A stretch of DNA of 54,140 nucleotides. Origin: a virus (Duplodnaviria > Caudoviricetes). Both the position numbers and the translations under genes were made by a program. The stretch covers positions 1-54,140 of IMG/VR virus record IMGVR_UViG_3300012920_000052, one strand, 5' to 3'. Below are positions 20,513-30,600 of the stretch, one piece after another. The stretch's first letter is position 1. Each line of letters starts with the position of its first letter. The notes under the pieces were generated by a model that ran no database searches, had not been told where the DNA came from, and was given only the letters and a program-made list of their open reading frames with translations.

Positions 20513-20968
20513 TTAGTAAGAAGTACCTCCATTAGTGGTACTACTTACATTATTGTTGCCATTAGACGAAGTATTTGTAGATGTGGATGTTACTTGTGTA
20601 ATCGGTGTATTACCTATATTTGGCACACTATAGGTTCTCATAGGAACATCTTTACCATAAAAAAAGAAATATTCGTCAACAGCTTGTTTATAACTTTGTA
20701 AAGAAGCTACTAAAGGATACGGAACAATCAAGATTTGTCCATCGTTAATATTCCATTCTAACCCACCAACATATGGATTTGCTTGTAAAATTAACCATCC
20801 AAAATAAGGTGTACCATAATATTGTTGACTAATTTTATCTAATCTGGATTGATTTACTTTATACATAACCTTTTTGTCCGAAGGTTTAGGTGGTAACTTA
20901 ATATTAGGTACTGTTAGGTTTTCACCGTTAATGTTAAAATCTGTATATCTGTTATAATATTGTGCCAT
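20513..20968 (-). CDS. LysM-like baseplate protein (gp53 / P2 gpX-like)
   Basis: 'RLDKISQQYYGTPYFGWLILQANP...GQILIVP' pattern; located in the baseplate cluster. Confidence 0.75.
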   Translation of the reverse strand: MAQYYNRYTDFNINGENLTVPNIKLPPKPSDKKVMYKVNQSRLDKISQQYYGTPYFGWLILQANPYVGGLEWNINDGQILIVPYPLVASLQSYKQAVDEYFFFYGKDVPMRTYSVPNIGNTPITQVTSTSTNTSSNGNNNVSSTTNGGTSY

Positions 20969-20969
20969 C

Positions 20970-23900
20970 TTAATTAAACTTTAAATTAAATGTAGGGTCC
21001 TCTATATTTCTACCACTATGGTACACTTGAAGTCTTTCTTCTATGGTTGGGTCTTCTACTTTTTCGTAATTTACAATTCTTTTTTTCTTATCTTTCAAGT
21101 CAACTCTGTTACTTTTATCAAAAGTACTAGTAAGTTCTAAACCTTCAGATAATGTGCTTTTACCTCTAGGGCAAAATTCTTCAACAATGTATTCTTGTAT
21201 AGTTAATAATTGTCTTAGGTAATAGTTTTCGTTTATTCCCATACCACCATTCATTACATCAATAAACTCGTTACTAAAAAATGCTAGGTTTGTAACATCT
21301 ATAGGTACATTACTATTTAAATCTAAAGCTGTATTCATATCTTCAAAGAATTTTCCCGTACCGTTTTCATAGGGTAAACTTTCTTTTCTTAAATCTCTTA
21401 TAGCGGAGTTATTTGTTTCAGCCTTAACTACTTTTTTATCAAATATTTCTTTTCCAAATAAAATATATTCGTCAAAAGCTCCAATATCTTTAATTTTTGT
21501 AACTTCCGCGGCTGGGTCTTTACATTCAATTTCTGCATTGTTACCAACACGACTATAATTCCCAGAATTAGTTAGCCCTGCTTGACCTGGGTCTATCCTA
21601 TTATTACCTTTAGGTATTAGTATATTACCAAAACCATTCATCAGGTCAGTATAAGCTACATTTAAATTACTAATGAATTCGGTGTCCGACCCTAGTTCAT
21701 CCAACGTATCCGTAGCAGTTAAAGGTTGTTGAGGTGGACTGGATGTCCTATCTACATTAGTATCACCACTTAATTTTAGTGAAGTCCACAAACCGTTTTC
21801 ACCATAACCATCACTACCTCTGTTTATAATATTTAACGGATTTAATGTTCTAATGTATTCTAAGTGTACATTTTTTAATTCACCGTATAAAGTACTTAAC
21901 TCGGTTAATAAATTTATTTCCGCTTCATCTGTTTTATTTTTTAGAAATGTAACTAAATTACTTTTTTGATTACTGTCTAGTGTTGGGTCTAACATTGTTT
22001 GTATGGTAGTAGTTCCGTTATCTATTTTACTTTTATAGTCTACAACCAAATCTGTAACTCTATTTTCCCAATTAAGTGGTATACCTATTAAAGTTCCACC
22101 CAATTCGTTATAATCATTAACACTACCATCCCAAGAATAAACTACACCCGTATCCCACTCTTTTTCATTTAACAATAATGGTACAGAGATATAATTGTTA
22201 GTTTTTGCAAATTCAGTTAAAACAGTATTAGTTTTTTGAATGTATTCGAAAGAAGCTCTACTATAATCTATATATGTTTGTTTATAATTTATAGTTCCAG
22301 TAAACCCTGAAGAACTATTAACTGTGGTCATTCTATCACCAATAGTTAAACCGTCATTTGCTGAAGTATCTTCATTTTCAGTGTCTTCAGCGATTTCTTC
22401 TTGTGGAGCGTCTTTAATTAAATCTGCGTTATTTTGTAACCACAATTGTTCGTCTGGGTCTTTATCTGTTACTGTCATTACAGCTCTTTCATCGTAAAAT
22501 TCAGTATTAGCAAAGAAGTTAAATGATAAAGCATTTTGTAATCTACTTACAGGTTCTTTTATTCCTTGTCCACCTAAATATTTAAATGTAATACTAACTG
22601 AAGCTATCATAGGTTGGACACCTATACCTTCTGGATTAAGGTCTAATAAATTATCGTCATACGTAAAACTAACTTGGTCTATAGCTATTTTTGTGTGGTA
22701 AAAATCACCAACCCTAAGTACACATATTGGTGGTGCTCCAAAAACTGTATTTTTAGCAGCGTTAGAGGTTGTAGAACCTCCACCTTCCACTTTGGTAGGC
22801 ATTGTGGCTCCTGGTCTAACACATTGATTTAGGAAAGTTAATCTACTATTTAAACCTTCTGGTGTTATAGCGTGAAAAGCTGGATGAAAAAATTTAAATT
22901 TTTGTTTAAGTGAATCATAAATAAATTCATTCTCTTCTTTTATCATATCAAAATAATCACATTCAGTAACTAATTTTCTAAGTACTTTGTTAGCTATTTC
23001 TCGTCTAGTATTTTTTTCTTTTTCAATCTTTATTTGAGTTATTTGTTGACTTGGAACTAATCTTCTTTTTGTTATTTCTTCACCAGGGATTACTTTCTCT
23101 ATTGTTTTGTTGTATGGTTTGGGGTCGGGTTTAACTAGATTTACTCTAACATACCTACACCCAGCAGCGTTAGCGGAAAACACAGCGTCTGACCCACCTG
23201 AACCAGTTGCACTTGAACTTCCAACCACACCAGTTTCATTTAAACCTACACCACCAACCCCTTCACCAGTTCCTCCAGTATCTGTATTACATTGTTCTTC
23301 ACCTTTAGGGTCTTGTACTATTTTTAATACACCCTCATCAATATATTTTTTAAAAGCTTTTTCACCACCTAATTCATATTCTTTAAACATATTTATTACC
23401 GAAGAAATTCTTCTTTTAGAAAGGTTTTTATTATAGGCAGAAGTAGCGATAGAACTTGCAGAACCAATTAAGGTTACAGTGACTTCGATATTTCCAGCGT
23501 CTAACATACCTTTAAGTTTTAAAGCAAAAGCTGGCCAAACATCATTATATTGTGGGTATGCTTTTTGTTGGAAAAAATTTTTTAAACTGCTTTTATCTGT
23601 TTCAGTTGGTGCGTTATTTAATTGACTTTGGAAAGAGGTTCCTCCTACTACAAGATATTGACCAAATCTAGAACATTTAGAACAACTTCCCGTCGCGGTA
23701 TCCACAAAACTTAATGTTGTTGTTGTGTCATTAGTATTAGGGTTGGGGTAATCGTTGTCAAAGTAAAATGTAGGCATTTCTTTTTGTGTAAAGTCTTCTA
23801 CTTCGTCTACTGTTTGTATTACATCTTCAGTTATTTGGTCTTCTGTAACTGTAGTATACGATTCCTCATTCCAAGTGGTATTAATTACTTCTTGAATTTC

Positions 23901-26129
23901 TTCTAGTTCTTTAACTGAAAATTGTTTCCATTTCCTTGCTAAATCAAAAATATCATATTTTTTACAACCCGCAAAAAATGAATCAACAATTGCGTCTGTT
24001 TCGGCAGGTCCTAATTTTTCTAATTCTTTTCTAACTATTAAATTTAAAATACTTGGGTGGTCCACCACGATTTTAAAGTTAAGTGAACCAGTTCTGTTAG
24101 TGTTGTTATAAGTGTAGACTGGTTCTGGTCTACCAACAAAACTATTTTCTGTCCAATTAGCACTACTAGCTTCATTAACAGATAAATCATAAGGTGGGAA
24201 CCACATTATTCTACCACCATTTGGTCCTTTTTCACAAGAAGGTAAATCGTCCCAAGTTAATCCTGGTTCATTACTAGTTCTCCAAGCTAAATTTTCTAAA
24301 GAAAACATATATTTTTTAACTTGCCCATTTACTATGTTACTTGAACCTTTACCTGTTTCATCAGTTCTATGTGGTACTATATTTAAATTAAATGGGTTGT
24401 CTAAAACAGAATACGTTTCTTGTCTAATATTACTTCTATGCCTTACTAGTTTATCGTAAGTATAATATGGTATATCTTTAGTCCACACTCTACAATATTC
24501 TCTAGCTTCTTCAACACCATTACCAGATGTGGGGTCTGTGTTAACAAACTTACGTACTCTAGAACCTTTAGTTAATTCTTTGTAACCATCGTTAAATACT
24601 TTACTAACTTGGTTCATAGCGTGAGGTACTGATTTAAGTTTTGCTCCCCCTTTAGGTACTGAATCTATAATTTGTTGAGTCGTATCCATGATACTATCTT
24701 CCCTAAAAGAATAATTTGTAGACTTAGTATCATCATAAGAATTAGGTACCTCATACCGTGTTGTGTTATCGGTGGAACCTTCTGGACCTTGTGAAGCTCC
24801 TGGTTCCTGAGGTCCTTGTCTATTATTGTTAGCGTTATTATTAAAAAGTGAAGGGATGCTGTTTAAAAATCCTCCACCTGGAGTTTTATCGGTAAACCAA
24901 GTAAAACCAGCTGGTACATTGCCTTGGTCTGTATAAGTCCTACCTTTCATTCCAAAATTATAGTCGTTGGAATCAAACTCTTTAGCTACCGCGTCTGGAC
25001 CATATATTGGTACGTAATTTTTACCAGCGTATGTGTTATCTGGTGGACTAGTCATGTCCACTATTCTATTCCTTGGGCCACCAATATATTGTGGTAAGTT
25101 TGGTGGGTTATTACCAAATCCTAAAATTCCACCACCGATAAAGTCAATTGCTTCACCAAATCCAGCTCCAATAGCTGTTTGTGCTTGAGCTCCTTCACCA
25201 TATTGTGGACCGTATTTATTGTATCTAATAGCTTTAAATAATTTAGATTTAGTTCCACCACCAGTAAACTCTAAAAATCTTTGTGAAGGTGATTGTCGTC
25301 TTCTAGGTATACCTATTAAAGAACCTAATATACCTGTTATATCTGAAATTACTTTTCCAGTATTACTTAAACCTCTAGGTGGTTCTAATTCAAAGTAATC
25401 TCCAGGGATATAAGAATAAGGAACATAAACACCTGTTATTCTAGAAACAAAGTCTAATCCTTTACCTACAATTGATTTGGGTTGTGTTATACTATAGTTT
25501 CTTTCAATTAATGGTTGTCTCCCTGTTACAATATCCAAAGCATCAACTGGGTCTTGTAATGCGTCAACAAAACTTAATCTACCTATTGTTTCTTGATATA
25601 GTTCTTGTGCTATTCTTTCTTGAAATTCTGACCTTAGTTGTATCGCTCCCGCTTGTTGTAAAGGACTATCTTGTAATAAAGTTTGTGATAAAAGTCCTTC
25701 CGCTGAAACCCCTAATAATATATCAATAGGAGAATAATACCTACCAACTAAACGAAACGGGTTTTCTCCAAATAACCCAGTCCCTGTTTCTGGTGCGGTA
25801 AAATTAGGGTATGGACCTTCATTAACCTTAGGTACTCCCTGACTAGTAGTATAAATTTTTATAAAATTTCCAAATCCACCTTCTGGACCGTAAGCGTTAG
25901 CTAGATATAACTTATCTACAAAAAATTCTGAGGTTTCTGTAACATCTGGTTGGTCTATCACATCTTTGACCGCTAGAGAAGCTGTCGAGTAAGTAGAATT
26001 AGTGTAATTACCGTATGGTCCTAGTCCTTCTGGGTTAGGTAAGTTTTTAGTTAGGAGTAAATCTCGTAAGGCTTTAGTCCCTGAAAAACTTAATGGATTA
26101 CTATTACTATTTTGTGGTTGTCCAGGCAT
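20970..26129 (-). CDS. Large baseplate / tube-initiator-like protein with an internal OmpA-like peptidoglycan-binding domain
   Basis: 1719 aa; 'FPPYDLSVNEASSANW...GRPEPVYTYNNTNRTGSLNF' and 'PPICVLRVGDFY' tube-like motifs flank 'FYFDND...LIGSASS...YNKNLSKRRISSV'. Confidence 0.65.
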   Translation of the reverse strand: MPGQPQNSNSNPLSFSGTKALRDLLLTKNLPNPEGLGPYGNYTNSTYSTASLAVKDVIDQPDVTETSEFFVDKLYLANAYGPEGGFGNFIKIYTTSQGVPKVNEGPYPNFTAPETGTGLFGENPFRLVGRYYSPIDILLGVSAEGLLSQTLLQDSPLQQAGAIQLRSEFQERIAQELYQETIGRLSFVDALQDPVDALDIVTGRQPLIERNYSITQPKSIVGKGLDFVSRITGVYVPYSYIPGDYFELEPPRGLSNTGKVISDITGILGSLIGIPRRRQSPSQRFLEFTGGGTKSKLFKAIRYNKYGPQYGEGAQAQTAIGAGFGEAIDFIGGGILGFGNNPPNLPQYIGGPRNRIVDMTSPPDNTYAGKNYVPIYGPDAVAKEFDSNDYNFGMKGRTYTDQGNVPAGFTWFTDKTPGGGFLNSIPSLFNNNANNNRQGPQEPGASQGPEGSTDNTTRYEVPNSYDDTKSTNYSFREDSIMDTTQQIIDSVPKGGAKLKSVPHAMNQVSKVFNDGYKELTKGSRVRKFVNTDPTSGNGVEEAREYCRVWTKDIPYYTYDKLVRHRSNIRQETYSVLDNPFNLNIVPHRTDETGKGSSNIVNGQVKKYMFSLENLAWRTSNEPGLTWDDLPSCEKGPNGGRIMWFPPYDLSVNEASSANWTENSFVGRPEPVYTYNNTNRTGSLNFKIVVDHPSILNLIVRKELEKLGPAETDAIVDSFFAGCKKYDIFDLARKWKQFSVKELEEIQEVINTTWNEESYTTVTEDQITEDVIQTVDEVEDFTQKEMPTFYFDNDYPNPNTNDTTTTLSFVDTATGSCSKCSRFGQYLVVGGTSFQSQLNNAPTETDKSSLKNFFQQKAYPQYNDVWPAFALKLKGMLDAGNIEVTVTLIGSASSIATSAYNKNLSKRRISSVINMFKEYELGGEKAFKKYIDEGVLKIVQDPKGEEQCNTDTGGTGEGVGGVGLNETGVVGSSSATGSGGSDAVFSANAAGCRYVRVNLVKPDPKPYNKTIEKVIPGEEITKRRLVPSQQITQIKIEKEKNTRREIANKVLRKLVTECDYFDMIKEENEFIYDSLKQKFKFFHPAFHAITPEGLNSRLTFLNQCVRPGATMPTKVEGGGSTTSNAAKNTVFGAPPICVLRVGDFYHTKIAIDQVSFTYDDNLLDLNPEGIGVQPMIASVSITFKYLGGQGIKEPVSRLQNALSFNFFANTEFYDERAVMTVTDKDPDEQLWLQNNADLIKDAPQEEIAEDTENEDTSANDGLTIGDRMTTVNSSSGFTGTINYKQTYIDYSRASFEYIQKTNTVLTEFAKTNNYISVPLLLNEKEWDTGVVYSWDGSVNDYNELGGTLIGIPLNWENRVTDLVVDYKSKIDNGTTTIQTMLDPTLDSNQKSNLVTFLKNKTDEAEINLLTELSTLYGELKNVHLEYIRTLNPLNIINRGSDGYGENGLWTSLKLSGDTNVDRTSSPPQQPLTATDTLDELGSDTEFISNLNVAYTDLMNGFGNILIPKGNNRIDPGQAGLTNSGNYSRVGNNAEIECKDPAAEVTKIKDIGAFDEYILFGKEIFDKKVVKAETNNSAIRDLRKESLPYENGTGKFFEDMNTALDLNSNVPIDVTNLAFFSNEFIDVMNGGMGINENYYLRQLLTIQEYIVEEFCPRGKSTLSEGLELTSTFDKSNRVDLKDKKKRIVNYEKVEDPTIEERLQVYHSGRNIEDPTFNLKFN

Positions 26130-26167
26130 TTAATATCTTTTTTAATAAATATCGACTATTATTTTTA

Positions 26168-28270
26168 TTAGGCAAAAGGACTGTTCATTTCATTTATTCC
26201 ACCAGGTGCAGTTTTAGTACTAATTGACGCTATCGCTTCTTTAAGTACAATAGCGTTGGTTTGGTTTGAGAATATAGCGTCAACTATTTCTCTACCACTC
26301 ATTTTACCTAAATTTCTACCGTCTAATTTAAGGTCTATACTTCCTTCTATTTTATTTGTGTTTAAGGTTATTGTTTGATTTGTAGCTGTTGACGTGTTTA
26401 AGGCTCCCATATTTGGAGTAGTAGCACCCGCGGTTAAGTCTACCCCTATCACAGTGTCGTTACGTGAGGGTTTAATTAACGCTCCTTTGGTTGTTATAAC
26501 ACCAGCGGTTTGCCCTTGACCTAACATGAAATCTTCCGCGTCTCTTGAATATTCATCACTGAATTTGTCTTTAAATATATTCTGAAATAACGTATCCACT
26601 GTACCACCTCCACCAAACACCCCCATTAGGGTCATATCTATTCCATCACCAATCATAGTACCAATACTTTTCCAATCAATGGGGTTGGTAGTACTATTAT
26701 TACCCATAAACACACCGTTCATTCCCATAAACATATAGTCTTTAAGAGTACTACCCATCTTATGTATTGCACCGTCATTTATCATTCCTGGAACATCAGC
26801 ACCTGGTTGTTTACCCAGTGCTTGTGTCAATGGTTTCCCAACATATTCTTGTGCACCGGCTGGGTCTAATGTGTCTAGTGCAATATCAAATCCTTTTGTT
26901 GCTATAGCGTGAAGTGACCTATTCATAGACTCTAATACTGTAGTCTGTTCCAACATTATGTCTTTTTCAGTCAATTTATCTTGTTGTTCTTTTAGTCTTG
27001 CGTCTTCTTGTAGTTGTTTCATGTCATCAGGTGTTAACATGTCCACATTTTTCATTTCACCATCTACCTGTACTTGGTATCTTCCACCCTTACCCATCTG
27101 AGCAATACTAGCGATATAATCACCAACACCAGAATCTTCCATTTCTTTAGAAAAAGCTGAAAAGTTCATTTGAGTCATTACCGCGTCAAACTTACCTTGA
27201 AGTTTAATCATTTCAGCAAACTCTTCTTTAGACATTCCTAGAGTTTCCGCCATAGCTCTCATTTGTCTTTGAGCTGTAGGTGGGATACTCATTTCACCAG
27301 TTTCCTTATTAAACACAACAAGGTCTTTTCCTGCGTTAACAAGAGCGTCCTGTAGTCCTGCAACATCGTTCGTTGCCATGTACATTAACTTAAATGGGTC
27401 AGCTAAATCACCAACAGCACCACCAATAACTTGTAAATTTGCTGCTAATTCTACTGCACCTTCTGGGTCCATGACTTTTTCAGCAAGAGCGGCTGTAGTA
27501 GACATACTTAAGCCCAATCTTTGTGCTTGGGCTGCCATTTTAGCAAAACCTTTAACTCCATCTGCAAAGTTATAGGTGTTCATCATATCCATATTGTCGG
27601 CTATGATTTCCATGAATCTATCCATGTTAACACCCATATTTCTGGCTACTTCAGCCATTTCATTTCCTTTGTCTATAGCACCGTCAATTCCGATACCCAT
27701 CATTTCAAATTGTTTGACCATTTGGGTTACGTCATATAAACTAACGTTCATAGCTTCAGAAAATATAGCAATTCTTTCAATGTCATTGTCATCAAAAGAA
27801 ATATTTGTACCCATTGTTTTACTTAACTGAGATACGGTTTCTAATAACTTATCCATCGAAACACCATATAATGCCGCTTCCACACCAGCTTGAGCAATAA
27901 TTTTAACATTTCTACTTTGTAACTCACCGGTTTGACCTAGGTCTTGGACTATTCTTTTCCTAATGACACCCTCCTTATTTATAAAGTCTACAGCGAGTTG
28001 CATTAAAGTGTTTTGTTTAGTTTGAGCATCGACGGTCTCACTTGTGAGTGCGAGAATGGTCTTTTGTATCTTCATTGCTTCGGCGTCTAATATCATCGTA
28101 GAAGCTTCAGAAGGAGTACTAGAACTAGAATTAGAAGTAGATGCATTTTTCAATCTCTTCGCATTGTCGTATTCTCTTTTTCTACCCGCATCATCTAATT
28201 TGTCCCAGTTCGCTTTTGACATGTTACCCCCGGTCTCGGATACGTACTTCCTATATTGGTCTGGTCTCAT
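26168..28270 (-). CDS. Tape measure protein (probable)
   Basis: 700 aa, helical and A/M/Q-rich; lies just downstream of the chaperone pair and upstream of the baseplate genes. Confidence 0.7.
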   Translation of the reverse strand: MRPDQYRKYVSETGGNMSKANWDKLDDAGRKREYDNAKRLKNASTSNSSSSTPSEASTMILDAEAMKIQKTILALTSETVDAQTKQNTLMQLAVDFINKEGVIRKRIVQDLGQTGELQSRNVKIIAQAGVEAALYGVSMDKLLETVSQLSKTMGTNISFDDNDIERIAIFSEAMNVSLYDVTQMVKQFEMMGIGIDGAIDKGNEMAEVARNMGVNMDRFMEIIADNMDMMNTYNFADGVKGFAKMAAQAQRLGLSMSTTAALAEKVMDPEGAVELAANLQVIGGAVGDLADPFKLMYMATNDVAGLQDALVNAGKDLVVFNKETGEMSIPPTAQRQMRAMAETLGMSKEEFAEMIKLQGKFDAVMTQMNFSAFSKEMEDSGVGDYIASIAQMGKGGRYQVQVDGEMKNVDMLTPDDMKQLQEDARLKEQQDKLTEKDIMLEQTTVLESMNRSLHAIATKGFDIALDTLDPAGAQEYVGKPLTQALGKQPGADVPGMINDGAIHKMGSTLKDYMFMGMNGVFMGNNSTTNPIDWKSIGTMIGDGIDMTLMGVFGGGGTVDTLFQNIFKDKFSDEYSRDAEDFMLGQGQTAGVITTKGALIKPSRNDTVIGVDLTAGATTPNMGALNTSTATNQTITLNTNKIEGSIDLKLDGRNLGKMSGREIVDAIFSNQTNAIVLKEAIASISTKTAPGGINEMNSPFA

Positions 28271-28310
28271 AGTTTTAGTCTTTTATCTATAAATAGATAA
28301 GTATGTATTT

Positions 28311-28506
28311 TTAACGTTGTTGATTGTTTTTGGCTTTGTCTATCTCTTCTTTTTTCTTTTCATATTCTTGAATAAGTTTGCCTAGATAATATCTTCGTTC
28401 GTATATAGGCATACGAATTAGGTTTTCATGAGAAAAATTTGCGAATTTTACAAGATAATAGATTTCGTCGAGCACGCTCTGCCTGTAATCCGAAGAAAGG
28501 ACGAAA
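28311..28506 (-). CDS. Tail assembly chaperone C-terminal part (T4 gp51-like), probably reached by frameshift
   Basis: 'DEIYYLVKFANFSHENLIRMPIYERRYYLGKL' resembles gp51; no ATG before this core; in the +1 frame relative to the upstream ORF. Confidence 0.65.
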
Positions 28507-29244
28507 AAAGTGAGCACCAAGGACAACATAAGTTGTTACCTCCTCTCCTGACGGTGCTATTGTGGTAATTTTTAAATCTAACCCAGGTTCATTAGTTTTT
28601 ACATATTTTCTAAATTCCTGTGAATCTTTTATTGGCATTCCTTGAATCATTTGAGCTAAAGCTCCTTTATCCCTTTCACCTTCTATTTCTTGAACTAATA
28701 ATTCTATCTTTTTAGTTATTTTTGGAGCTACTGTGCCTTTATAAGACTCATCTAAAGTTTCTAACTCTTTTTCTTGTTGTGAATTAAGAAATTTAAACTT
28801 TACCTTTTTTTGTGTTAATGGTAAAACATATTCAAACTCACCCTTTTCATCCGCGACTAGGTTAAACTCTTTCATAGTCACATTACTTAAGTCGTGTACA
28901 TATTCAAACTGTTTGTTTGTTTTTGGGTCTGTTAAATTAAAAGTATAAGTAGGTCCAAATGAAGTGTTTCTAAGGAAAATTAGAACCGCTTGTTTATCAC
29001 ATTCCAACATTTCTTCTATTTTAATGTCACCACCAATTATTTTTCTTCTTAACAGTTCATCAATTAAATTTCCTGATTGAGCAAGGTTAGGTGAACTTAA
29101 TAGGTTTTCGTCTGCAGCTGTTAAATAAGTCACCTTAACTTTATCTATAGGTTTACTATAAAACATACCTTTAGATGGTAAGGATACTAAATCATACGGT
29201 ATGTTTGCCTGTGATGGGTCTGAATATTGTTGAGTTGGGTCCAT
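28426..29244 (-). CDS. Tail/baseplate assembly chaperone (T4 gp26-like)
   Basis: 'LPSKGMFY', 'LTAADENLL', 'DKQAVLIFLR', 'PGLDL' and FFRP near the C-terminus; lies between tube and tape measure genes. Confidence 0.75.
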   Translation of the reverse strand: MDPTQQYSDPSQANIPYDLVSLPSKGMFYSKPIDKVKVTYLTAADENLLSSPNLAQSGNLIDELLRRKIIGGDIKIEEMLECDKQAVLIFLRNTSFGPTYTFNLTDPKTNKQFEYVHDLSNVTMKEFNLVADEKGEFEYVLPLTQKKVKFKFLNSQQEKELETLDESYKGTVAPKITKKIELLVQEIEGERDKGALAQMIQGMPIKDSQEFRKYVKTNEPGLDLKITTIAPSGEEVTTYVVLGAHFFRPFFGLQAERARRNLLSCKIRKFFS

Positions 29245-29248
29245 TTTA

Positions 29249-29278
29249 TTGTTTTCTAAATTTTTTTTTATATATTTT
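29249..29278 (+). promoter_or_regulatory. Host-type promoter for the mom-like gene (TTG-N19-TATATTTT)
   Basis: Same spacing as the other Bacteroidota-type promoters in the window; 26 nt upstream of ATG 29305. The region is very AT-rich, so a chance match is possible. Confidence 0.45.
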
Positions 29279-29304
29279 ACTATAAATCTTATTATAAGTA
29301 TTCC

Positions 29305-29934
29305 ATGAAGAAAAACTTATCTATACGTAATATAACCAAAGAACAAAGTAAGTATATACTTAAATCTCATCATTATTTATCAAAAGTAAATAAAGGTTTT
29401 AGGTCAGGTTTTAATTTTGGTTTATTTGAAGATGAAAAACTTATTGGTGTTTGTATTTTCCATAGTCCTTCAGTTCCAGAAACAGTAAAAGGTTGTTTTG
29501 GTTTGTTAAGAAATGAACAACAGGGAATATATGAGTTAGGAAGGTTATGTTTAATACCTGAATCTGTACAAAAAAACTTACTGTCTTGGTTTGTATCTAA
29601 AAGTATTAAGTTACTTAAAAAACAAACTACTGTTCGTTCTATTTTATCTTATGCCGATTCTTCTTTACATACTGGATTTATCTATCAAGCTACTAATTTC
29701 AAATATTATGGTTTAACTTCACCTAAAAAAGACTTTTGGTTCGAACTAGAGGATGGTTCTTTCGTTAAACATCAAAGAGGTCCTGTAAAAGGAAAGAAGG
29801 GTGAGTGGAGACCTCGTGAACGTAAGCACAGATACTTATTAGTCTTCGACGAATCTTTAAAGTGTTTGTGGGAGGAAAAACCATATCCTAAAGAAAAAAA
29901 CAAAGCTCCATTAAACAAAAAACCCACAACATAG
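29305..29934 (+). CDS. mom: Mom-like GNAT-fold DNA modification protein
   Basis: HHYL, 'GLF...LIGVCIF', ELGRL, SYAD and HTGFIYQATNFKYYG match phage Mu Mom family motifs. Confidence 0.8.
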   Translation: MKKNLSIRNITKEQSKYILKSHHYLSKVNKGFRSGFNFGLFEDEKLIGVCIFHSPSVPETVKGCFGLLRNEQQGIYELGRLCLIPESVQKNLLSWFVSKSIKLLKKQTTVRSILSYADSSLHTGFIYQATNFKYYGLTSPKKDFWFELEDGSFVKHQRGPVKGKKGEWRPRERKHRYLLVFDESLKCLWEEKPYPKEKNKAPLNKKPTT

Positions 29935-29941
29935 TGTGGGT
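29917..29941 (-). terminator. Rho-independent terminator of the tail tube gene
   Basis: ACCCACA/TGTGGGT stem with 6-nt loop and a T-run on the minus strand; overlaps the 3' end of the mom-like gene. Confidence 0.7.
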
Positions 29942-29965
29942 CTTAATGTTAATATGTTTATAATA

Positions 29966-30454
29966 TTAGTATACCAAAATACATCTATCTGGTCTTAGTG
30001 TTGCTGATATAGTTGCGATACCGTCATCACTATATCCTAGACTATCAAAGTTAACATCAGTTAAGAATGTTCCTTGTAGTATCCATTTCTCAACAACTAC
30101 ACCTGTAGGGTCTAACATTTCTAAATCAATGTCTTTCTTATATCCTGCAGCGTATCCCATTCTACCTGTTACTGATTCTGCGTGTAATCTAACCCATTCC
30201 ATCAATGCTTGTGAAGCAGAAGGACCGATAGGGTCTCTAAATGTAACACTAATCGTATTCCAAGTAAATCTACCTGCAACATAAGTAGATGTGTTTAAAA
30301 ATGGAATCTCTACAGAATTAATGTTAACTGTTGGTCTAGAAGTACTTTCCACATACCACTCGTTAATTCCTAAAGATGAAGGAAACCTCAAGATAAACCT
30401 ATTCTTCTTTTTAGGTTCATACGGTATGGGCATTTTCATTAATAAATCAGCCAT
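29966..30454 (-). CDS. Tail tube protein (T4 gp19-like)
   Basis: 'YEPKKKNRF', 'YVAGRFTWNTISVTFRDPI', 'YKKDIDLEMLDPTGVVVEKWILQG'. Confidence 0.9.
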   Translation of the reverse strand: MADLLMKMPIPYEPKKKNRFILRFPSSLGINEWYVESTSRPTVNINSVEIPFLNTSTYVAGRFTWNTISVTFRDPIGPSASQALMEWVRLHAESVTGRMGYAAGYKKDIDLEMLDPTGVVVEKWILQGTFLTDVNFDSLGYSDDGIATISATLRPDRCILVY

Positions 30455-30600
30455 GTTAATTTTTTTTGTTTTCTATTGTTATTTCTTAATAAATATACGG
30501 GTTTTCAAAAATAGTTCAAAAAGACCCTTTACTTTGTTTATTGACTTTTATACTAATAAAGCATAAAAGCTATTACATAATATAAATATTATAATAAGAA

